Positions 1 through 7,604 of a stretch of DNA of 9,406 nucleotides are shown here, one piece after another (within the stretch, counting starts at the first letter, position 1; each line of letters opens with the position of its first letter). The translations under genes and the position numbers were made by a program. Under the pieces are notes generated by a model. That model saw only the letters and a program-made list of their open reading frames with translations. It was not told the DNA's origin and made no database searches. The stretch comes from Octopus sinensis (taxonomy: Eukaryota): assembly GCF_006345805.1 (NCBI RefSeq), contig NW_021827895.1, positions 1-9,406 of the forward strand, in the 5' to 3' direction.

Positions 1-415
1 GTATTCCTTTAATTCCCTGAATCTTTTATTACGGATTTCATAATTTGAAAGAATTGTGGAAAGCTTTCTCGCTAGATTAAATGGACTATTTGTCTTCGTG
101 TGTTTGGTGGTATAAGGAAAACAGCAGGTATTGTTTAGAATCAGTTGGTTTCTAAGGAATGCCTGTTTCAATATTTGTGTCTATTTTCATGATAAGAATG
201 TCCAGAAATGGTAGTTGAGTTTTACTGTCTTCCATGGTAAAGTTAATATTATTGTTTATGCTGTCCATTAGGTCTTTGAAATCAATAAGCTGGTCGAATG
301 TGTGCATCCACAAAATTAGGCAATTATCGAAGTAACATTTACAGTTTTCTAATAAATATTCATGGATGTTCAATCCGTATTTTACTTTAGATTACTCATA
401 TACTTTCACATTTTC
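1..415 (-). mobile_element. Decayed Penelope-like element (PLE) reverse transcriptase fragment, catalytic to thumb region; runs off the window edge
   Basis: Manual minus-strand translation gives ENVKVYE*SKVKYGLNIHEYLLENCKCYFDNCLILW...MDSINNNINFTMEDSKTQLPFLDILIMKIDTNIETGIP*KPTDSKQYLLF, then after a frameshift near 105-110 KHTKTNSPFNLARKLSTILSNYEIRNKRFRELKEY. This follows the PLE RT motif order: RYxDD (here CYFDN), N..I.FT.E, LPFLD, Y.KPT, HP.H.K..IP..LA.R. In-frame stops at 392-394 and 152-154 plus the frameshift indicate a dead copy. Confidence 0.88.
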
Positions 416-428
416 ACTTACATGTGTA

Positions 429-727
429 GAAGCCTGTCGTACATATATATGTGGGGGGGGTGTATGTATGTGTTTGTGTCTGTGTGTATGCGTTTGTGTG
501 TGTACGCCTAGCTTACGCATACACGCACACGTATATGTGTGTGCTTTTGTATATGTTTTTACTCCCACCACCACTTGTCAACCAGTATTGGTTTGTTTAC
601 GTCACCTTGACATACGAGGTTCGGCAAAAGAGCCGATAGAATATTTACCAAGTCCTTCAAAGCGAAGCCTTGTCATGGCCACAGTGTGAATGGCTGCAAC
701 AAGTAAAAGATAAAAGATATAAAGATA
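429..727 (+). mobile_element. SINE-C: 5'-truncated, internally deleted short retroposon with an internal (TA)/(TG) microsatellite and an AAAAGAT-type repeated tail
   Basis: The order GAAGCCTGTCGTA, TG/TA tract (441-555), CCACTTGTCAACC...GTTTACGTC...GGTTCGGCAAAAGAGCCGATAGAATA, CATGGCCACAG...AAGTAAAAGATAAAAGAT matches a repeat I recall from octopus genomes. Its 3' end has an in-window homolog at 6829-6866. Confidence 0.7.
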
Positions 728-1076
728 TATTTTCATTGATTGCTTTTTGTTTTCTTAGTGTCTGTCGTTAATTTAATTTTCTTCCAATCAAAACGTAAAT
801 ATATTAAAAGAACACAAAATGATCGTCAAAATACCACCGTCTTTGGTAAACATGAATCTCAAACAAAGACATGTCTTGAAATTACTGCAATGTACGTTTC
901 GCCAAACGTATTTAACTTTGAGATTGCATGTTCTAAGCATATATACAATTCTACCTAAAAAATGGATCTAAAAACTTCAATATCCTACATATTTCACATC
1001 TATTTTCTTTCCTCCACCTCACTCTCTATTTTGTATCCTATCTAAATTAACTATACTTAACCATCCTCTCCCACCA

Positions 1077-1126
1077 TCTCCGATGAAGGGCTAAAATTAA
1101 TAAATATCCTAGAAACAGCTGTAAGA
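1077..1126 (+). ncRNA. Degenerate minimal type I hammerhead-ribozyme-like motif, probably in a PLE terminal repeat (about 960-1190)
   Basis: Stem I TCT(1077-79)/AGA(1124-26); core CCGATGA(1080-86) versus consensus CTGATGA; stem II AGGG(1087-90)/TCCT(1107-10); one extra A; GAAA(1112-15); C-AGCT-G short stem III with a palindromic loop; cleavage triplet GTA(1121-23). Confidence 0.6.
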
Positions 1127-1198
1127 CCTTCTATCTATAAATGTTCTAATATCTACACACCCTTGGTTTTCTTATCTTATCATTACGCAAAGAAGTCT

Positions 1199-1257
<59 letters not shown>

Positions 1258-1262
1258 TATAT
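1199..1262. repeat. (TA)n microsatellite
   Basis: Near-perfect TA run read directly from the sequence. Confidence 0.97.
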
Positions 1263-1718
1263 AATCACGTGCAATATAAGCTAGATTTTTAACTGCTACT
1301 TCTAGCACATCAAGCGCCTGCAAAAGGATATCTGTGGTTGGTTCAGTACAAGTGATCTTATCAACAATGGTGAGATAAAGCAACCATTTTATACGCATGT
1401 GGCAAGTATGTCGGACGCTTGTGTGATCAGTGAAACATTTCGAACTACATACGAGATATAATTTACAGTCTCTGTTTAGACAATCTTCATATATAATAAT
1501 TATTATTTACTTAATAAGTTTATCAGTAAACTATACGAGATATCGTAATTTGGTATGTATTTAGGAAAGAAAACGTATAAAAGACAAAAAAAAAATTAAA
1601 CAAAACAATATGTTGTTTATCGATTGTTTTAATGTTTTCTAAATGTCTGTGCCTATTGTGAAGATACTTGAATAGAATTCGGCACATTATATCAAATCAT
1701 ATCATCATATCATATAAT

Positions 1719-1931
1719 TGTGTGTGTGTGAGAGAGAGAGAGAGACAGAGAGAGAGACAGAGAGAGATTGTATGTGCCTACCTGTATATATGTATTTATG
1801 TAATATATGCGTCTGTGCCCACTCATGTATGTGTATATTTATATATATACATATATATCTACATATATATACACATATATGCACATATATATATCTACAT
1901 ATATATATATTATATATATATATATATATCT

Positions 1932-1962
<31 letters not shown>

Positions 1963-2068
1963 CATATATATACATACATATATACATGTATGGTATATAT
2001 ATTATTAGTCATATATATTATACATACATATAAATAAATACATTATACATGTATATATATACAAGTAC

Positions 2069-2099
<31 letters not shown>

Positions 2100-2125
2100 T
2101 ATATATAATATATTAGTACATATCT
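1719..2125. repeat. Compound microsatellite: (TG)n 1719-1730, (AG)n/AGAC 1731-1767, then degenerate (TA)n/(CA)n/(TACA)n
   Basis: Read directly; it accounts for the Y/I/H/T-rich ORFs at 1668-2037. Confidence 0.95.
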
Positions 2126-2908
2126 ACACCCCTCAGACACACTAAGCATGAAAGAAGAGTCCAAGCGTGTTTGTGTGTATGTGTGCTCGAGTGTCGGCAT
2201 GTTTCCGTGCGTTTCCATTATTTTTCAAATAAAGTGCTTGACACATGAAAAGCGATTTCTTCTGGTAATTGGTAAACGATAGAAACACTTCCATTCCATT
2301 TGTGGAGACCCATTGGTATGTTAGAAGCCGGAATAAGATAAAGAAATCTATTCTTGGTACCGTCAATACAGTTTAAGATATGTTTCGTCATTCTCTATAA
2401 TCTCGAGAACTTCACTACAACAAACCAAGGTGTTTTTCGATATTTATTTGCTTCTTTCTTTCGTTCTTGTATTTCGTTAATTTCATTTTCTTTCAATCAA
2501 CTTTTGCACCGAAGAAGGAAACATCAGAGTAATGCCATCGCTATCCGTAAACATGAACACGACGAGATCACAATCTTCAAGGACGCTACAGATGATAAAT
2601 TTCTTTATGATTAAATATCTGTCCTTGCGATCTTTTTTTTTTTTTGTTACTCTTTCAATCTTGTTTTCTTTGTCGTTTGTTGCAATTATTGGACAGCGGC
2701 CATTCTGGTGCGTCTACGTTTAGCTTCAGTCGGTGAAATTTATTTCACTCTTTTTTTTATTTCAAGTCTCGTATCAAGTTTATTATTTTCTTTGCAGAAC
2801 CACAAATATACATACACATGTAAGGTTGTATCTCAGCGTAGCTAAAGTCTAATGACGGAAGAATTTTTTTTTTTTAATAATAGAAGATAGACGAATAAAA
2901 TACTTGAT

Positions 2909-3006
<98 letters not shown>

Positions 3007-3140
3007 CAGACAGGCAGACAGACAGACAGACAGACAGATAGATAGATACATACATACATACATAGATACATACATACATACATACATACATACATGCATA
3101 CATACATACATACATACATACATAAATAGATTGATTGATT

Positions 3141-3215
<75 letters not shown>

Positions 3216-3220
3216 GGATA
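2909..3220. repeat. Compound tetranucleotide microsatellite with GACA/GATA/GACA/GATA/CATA/GATT/GATA blocks
   Basis: Read directly; it accounts for the YLSI/MYVC ORFs at 2842-3356. Confidence 0.97.
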
Positions 3221-3221
3221 G

Positions 3222-3268
3222 GTAACTTTCCTTATTGGCCACACAGGGCTGGACACAGAGGGGACAAA
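3222..3268 (-). mobile_element. SINE-A tail-1 remnant (extreme 3' end only)
   Basis: TTCCTTATTGGCCACACAGGGCTGGACACAGAGGGGACAAA aligns with TTCTTTACTACCCACAAGGGGCTACTCACAGAGGGGACAAA at 3978-4018. Confidence 0.65.
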
Positions 3269-3543
3269 TGCAAATGTAGAGCTTTTCTTTTCGAAGATAG
3301 AAAAACAAAGGAAACAAATGTAAAATTTCGATCAAAAGGGATCGGAAAGAAAACAAAAAGAAAAGAAAAAAGCGATCAAAAGGGGTCGTGTATCACAGAA
3401 AGAATTTTTTTTTAAAGTAACAAACAAGATTATGTTCATCCGTGGAAGGAAAAGCCTACAGAAATGACCACGGTAATCTCAGGCAGAGAGTGAATAAACA
3501 CATTAGAGCAAAGTGCTCTCTCTCTCTCTTTTACGATTTACAG

Positions 3544-3699
3544 GATCATGCTCAAAGTGGTTTCGTCACTCGCACGCACTATCTTTGCTACATTCACTCA
3601 CCTTTTTTTGAAACTTTCACGAGACAAAACCTGCCTCTCCATTCTCACCTTCCTTTTCAAGTGGTACTTGAAAAAGTTGATGAGCGATTGGCCAGAGAG
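3544..3699 (+). other. Candidate spliced exon of an unidentified host gene (156 nt)
   Basis: Acceptor (CT)n-TTTTACGATTTACAG|G at 3543/3544 and consensus donor AG|GTAAGT at 3699/3700. Length is a multiple of 3, and two of three frames are open. No protein family recognised. Confidence 0.35.
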
Positions 3700-3795
3700 G
3701 TAAGTGTTTGTCTCTAATCCTTTCACTCGAGACCACCACTCATTTTCTCCGTCGGTTAAAGTATTAACATTCAATTTATATGGAATGATATTACC

Positions 3796-4378
3796 TATTT
3801 CTTTACTACCCACAAGAGGCTAAACAGAGAGAGACAAACAAAGACAGACAAACGGATTAAGTCGATTATATCGACCCCAGTAACTGGTACTTAATTTATC
3901 GACCCCGAAAGGATGAAAGGCAAAGTCGACCTCGGCGGAATTTCAACTCAGAACGTAACGACAGACAAAATACCTATTTCTTTACTACCCACAAGGGGCT
4001 ACTCACAGAGGGGACAAACAAGGACATAAAAACGGATTAAGTCGATTATATCAACCCCAGTGCTTAACTGGTACTTATTTAATCGACCCCAAAAGGATGA
4101 AAGGCAAAGTCGACCTCGGCGGAATTTGAACTCAGAACGTAACGTCAGACAAAATACCTATTTCTTTACTACCCACAAGGGGCTAAACACAGAGAGGACA
4201 AACAAGGACAGACAAACGGATTAAGTCGATTATATCGACCCCAGTAACTGGTACTTAATTTATCGACCCCGAAAGGATGAAAGGCAAAGTCGACCTCGGC
4301 GAAATTTGAACTCAGAACGTAGCGGCAGACGAAATACCGCTAAGCATTTCGCCCGGCGTGCTAGCGATTCTGTCTGTC
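3796..4378 (-). mobile_element. SINE-A trimer: one partial tRNA-like head plus three tandem ~180-bp body/tail units, flanked by a 15-bp target-site duplication
   Basis: Units start with TACCTATTTC at 3792, 3971 and 4155; the head junction TACCGC is at 4335 (periods 179, 184, 180). The head (minus strand) reads CAGAATCGCTAGCACGCCGGGCGAAATGCTTAGC. TGGAATGATATTACC occurs at both 3781-3795 and 4379-4393. Confidence 0.93.
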
Positions 4379-4454
4379 TGGAATGATATTACCGTTTATA
4401 AACACTTTCAAGATGCACAGCTTTATGAGTACGTCAGCAAACACTAACTGCTTA

Positions 4455-4516
4455 TTCGAAATTATCATCAACTTATAATGAACTTTCGTTCATTATAAGT
4501 TGATGATAATTTCGAA
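4455..4516. repeat. Perfect inverted repeat with 29-bp arms and a 4-nt loop
   Basis: TTCGAAATTATCATCAACTTATAATGAAC (4455-4483), loop TTTC, then the exact reverse complement GTTCATTATAAGTTGATGATAATTTCGAA (4488-4516). Confidence 0.98.
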
Positions 4517-4526
4517 CATGTTTGGT

Positions 4527-4557
4527 TGTGTGTGTGTGTGTGTGTGGTGTGTGTGTG
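4527..4557. repeat. (TG)n microsatellite
   Basis: Read directly. Confidence 0.95.
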
Positions 4558-5018
4558 CAAAGACGGATCTGGAAGCTATTTGAGACCTTTGTTTGAGACT
4601 ATGACTACGGATACTTCATGTAGACAAAGATGCCCAGTAGCTTCGGTGTTGTCTTGCACGGAAGCTTCACTGAGTTGTGCCAGGTGCATTCTGGGCGACA
4701 TGTTACTCCACAGAAAGATTGCTTAATGAAGTGTCAAGCTCTTAATTAACTTAATTTAATAATTAAATAAGATACTTAGGTCGCAATTGAATATAATACG
4801 TAATGTTACACTTGTTTCCAAAGTAAAATATACAGACACTATCAGCTCGCATATAGAGTTCTCAGTTATATATCAACTTTGTATCTTTCCGCTCGTATTT
4901 TTTTGACAGAGCTACAGTCCAAGATCAATTTAAAGTGAGACAGGGTGCCTGAAACATTGTGTGCCATAAGGCCCTCACGGCCCTTTGACAGTCAGAGAAT
5001 ACGTGCGGTAGATATTTA

Positions 5019-5275
5019 ATAACAAATAAAATAAATGCGCCCTTTTAAGGCCTAGCCAGGCCCGGTTTCCCGGTTTCAATGGCGTATGTGTTCCTCAGCT
5101 GGACGGGACGTCAGTCCATTGCAGCGTTACTCATTTTTGCCAGCTGAGTGGACTGGAGCAACGGGAAATGAAGTGTTTTGCTTAAGAACACAACGCGTCG
5201 CCCGGTCCAGGAATCGAAACCACAATCTTACGATTATGATGTTGACACCCTAACCACTAAGCCACGCGCCTCCAC
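5019..5275 (-). mobile_element. SINE-B: full-length tRNA-derived SINE with target-site duplication
   Basis: Minus strand begins GTGGAGGCGCGTGGCTTAGTGGTTAGG. A box TGGCTTAGTGG (5254-5264); B-box-like GTTTCGATTCC (5210-5220); central GTTGTGTTCTTAAGCAAAACACTT...GTTGCTCCAGTCCACTCAGCTG; ATTT-type tail. Flanks GCGGTAGATATTTA (5005-5018) and GCGGTAGAGATTTA (5276-5289) match at 13/14. Confidence 0.9.
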
Positions 5276-5649
5276 GCGGTAGAGATTTACTGATAGGGTA
5301 ATCCCATGACGTCCTCGGGAAAAGCAGGCGGCCGGTATTATTCCAACTAGGAGGTCTCTTCTGGAGGATATTCGGACCGGGATCCATCAGTAATTTCTAG
5401 AAATCTCTGACTTAGTTGTGGTTTTCATGCCAATGCCGATTTGGAATTGTCAATATAGGTATGGTTGTGCCGTTAGCCGTTCCTGCTCAAGACGGAGAGC
5501 AACGAAGCGAGGCAGTACTCATTCGTACCGTGCTCGAGCATAGCTGACTTCTTGTGTTACGTTCAATAGCTGCTATCATACATAGAATTGCTCTGGCCAT
5601 CGGTAGATTCCGTCGTGACGATCTGCTCTTCTTTTGTAAAGGAATTGTG

Positions 5650-5900
5650 GAAGTGTCATTAGCAGGCTGGACACAATGCCTAGCGGTATTTCGCTCGTCA
5701 CTATGTTCTGAGTTCAAATTCCGCCGAGGTCGACTTTGCCTTTTATCCTTTCCGGGTCGATAAATTAAGAACCAGTCAGGTACTGAATCGATGTGATCGA
5801 CTTACCTCCTCCCCTAAAATTCCAGGCCTTGTGCCTACAATAGAAAAGATTATTATTGTCATTATAATTATCGTCATCATCATCATCATCATCATTATTA
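5650..5900 (+). mobile_element. SINE-A monomer with tail-2 and an (ATT)/(ATC)n end; head degenerate
   Basis: Core TAGCGGTATTTCG...GTTCTGAGTTCAAATTCCGCCGAGGTCGACTTTGCC is shared with the other copies. It continues ATCGACTTACCTCCTCCCCTAAAATTCCAGGCCTTGTGCC...GATTATTATT, then ATC repeats (about 5874-5893). Confidence 0.88.
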
Positions 5901-6601
5901 TTTCCTTCTGTTTGCTCTGTAGCTTTTTAATTACTAATCATGTCTTAAGTCCGGCAGATTTTTTCACACGTCTGTGTGAGAACGATACTTGAACGAAAAT
6001 ATTTATTAATGGCTGGCTTTTCGGTCCCTTCGAGGCAGAAAGACGTTTTATTAGGACATTATGGTTCGACTGGTTTTCCTAATTCCTGTCGAACTTTAAC
6101 AACCATTCGACAAGTCAAAAACAAAAACAACAGTGTATATACTGCGTCGTCTCAAAGAAAAATCAAAAAAGTTTCTACAAGCGATAAACCAACCAGAGAA
6201 AAAAAAAAATTCATGAAGACAGACAAATCGCACCAACACGTTGGCGTTTCGAAAAGAAAAATAATGATTTGTCGAGCACCAAAAGTGACTTTAATGCGTT
6301 GATCGATAAAAAGTTACAGCGAATCTACCGCTCACACTTGCGCACAAGCCTTATCCTATGATAAGATTAGCGGTAAAAAAAATTACATTTGCGGATATTG
6401 CCTTAAACAGAATGTCTAAATTTGGAAAGGATCCAGAAAGTATTACGAATACACGAATACACTGTGTTTGCTAAATACATCATATGCTCACAAATAGATT
6501 TATTCGACAGGGAACGAGGAAATGTAGTAACTTATCGAGGCATCATCAAAGCGATGTAGAGGCCAGTAAATATGTCGAACGAACCCACGAGGGAAGCCTT
6601 A

Positions 6602-6624
6602 AGAGAGAGAGAGAGAGAGAGGGG

Positions 6625-6662
<38 letters not shown>
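6602..6662. repeat. (AG)n microsatellite
   Basis: Read directly; source of the ERERER ORFs. Confidence 0.97.
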
Positions 6663-6666
<4 letters not shown>

Positions 6667-6798
6667 AGATGCATGGGATAAAGCTTCATCCGTTGTCCGT
6701 GGAAAATTCTGCGGAAACATCGACCTATATATTGAGATCGTGTCTAAGGCGGAACACGTCAGACAGAAATAATACACGGGACTTCCTCTTAACAGCAT

Positions 6799-6902
6799 AT
6801 GTGTGTGTGTGTGTATGCGTGTGTGTGTATGGCCGCAGTCAAATGACTGAAGTAAATAAAAGAATATATATGTATTTATATGTGCGTGTGTGTGCGTGTG
6901 CG
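6799..6902 (+). repeat. (TG)n-rich tracts around a SINE-C 3'-end remnant (6829-6866)
   Basis: ATGGCCGCAGTCAAATGACTGAAGTAAATAAAAGAATA resembles ATGGCCACAGTGTGAATGGCTGCAACAAGTAAAAGATA starting at 675. It contains the small hairpin CAGTC-AAAT-GACTG (6836-6849). Confidence 0.7.
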
Positions 6903-7061
6903 TATAGGTACAGGTAAGTTGGTTTGTGCGTATAATAGACGGTCTAAACAATAGGTTTAACTAAAGCCATTTAATAGATAAAGTTATGAAAACTCTGACG
7001 AAGTAACACTAAACTGTAACATCTATGAATCAATGAACGACCCGCAGTGTAGATTTTGTCA

Positions 7062-7480
7062 GGCGTCGAGCTGGCAGAAATGTTAGCACGCCGGGCGAAA
7101 TGCTTAGCGGTATTTCGTCTGCCGCTAGGTTCTGAGTTCAAACTGCGCCGAGGTCGACTTTGCCTTTCATCCTTTCGGGGTTGATAAATTAAGTACCAGT
7201 TACGCATTAGGGTCGATATAATCGACTAAATCCCTTCGTTTGTCCTTGTTTGTCCTCTCTGTGTTTAATCTCTTGTGGGTAGTAAAGAAATAGGTATTTC
7301 TTCTGTCGGTACGTTCTAGGTTCAAATCCCACCGAGGTCGACTTTGCCTTTCATCCTTACGGGGTCGATTAAATAAGTACCAGTTATGCACTGGAGTCGA
7401 TATAATCGACTTAATCCGTTTGTCTGTCCTTGTATGTCCCGTCTATGTTTAGCCGCTTGTGGGCAGTAAAGAAATAAAAA
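7062..7480 (+). mobile_element. SINE-A dimer: full tRNA-like head plus two tandem body/tail-1 units
   Basis: Head GGCGTCGAGCTGGCAGAAATGTTAGC with A-box-like TGGCAGAAATG (7072-7082) and B-box-like GTTCAAAC (7136-7143). GGTATTTC junctions lie at 7109 and 7293 (period 184). The copy ends AAAGAAATAAAAA. No clear TSD. Confidence 0.92.
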
Positions 7481-7604
7481 ATCACAAAGAGAAACGATAA
7501 ACGAAATATATCTTTTTGTTTTTGTTTGTAATGCGTTCTCTCTATAATATACAAATAGACGGTCAAAGGATGTCATAATTATTTCATCATATTGAGACCT
7601 CGGA

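Noticed and set aside
366-689. ORFs 366-689, 392-574 and 451-639
   Set aside because: They are translations of the TG/TA tract and SINE-C. Only the last few codons of 392-574 plausibly belong to the PLE frame.
1443-1551. Short imperfect repeat AACTA(CA)TACGAGATAT at about 1443 and 1529
   Set aside because: Only two short imperfect copies in AT-rich DNA, with nothing to suggest function or an insertion between them.
1668-2218. YI/HT/ER-rich ORFs
   Set aside because: Dinucleotide repeats lack stop codons in some frames; there is no coding signal.
2842-3356. YLSI/MYVC-repeat ORFs up to 160 aa
   Set aside because: Entirely explained by the tetranucleotide microsatellite.
3792-4372. Regularly spaced repeats as a possible CRISPR array or satellite
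   Set aside because: Units are contiguous ~180-bp near-copies with no unique spacers, the context is eukaryotic, and a SINE head and TSD are present.
5200-5275. tRNA-like sequence as a real tRNA gene (also 7062-7150)
   Set aside because: A and B boxes are present, but I could not build a full cloverleaf with an acceptor stem, and both run into SINE bodies and tails.
5976-6302. 108-aa lysine-rich ORF
   Set aside because: It starts at GTG, the lysine content comes from A-runs, and I see no recognisable domain or convincing splice boundaries.
6908-6913. Possible 6-nt micro-exon TAG|GTACAG|GTAAGT
   Set aside because: The donor is perfect, but the acceptor has a TG repeat instead of a pyrimidine tract. 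A single consensus hit is expected by chance; RNA-seq would be needed.
6995-7020. Second hammerhead-like string CTGACGA-AGT-AAC-ACT-AAACTGTA
   Set aside because: It lacks the G of GAAA, stem III cannot close a loop, and stem I does not pair.
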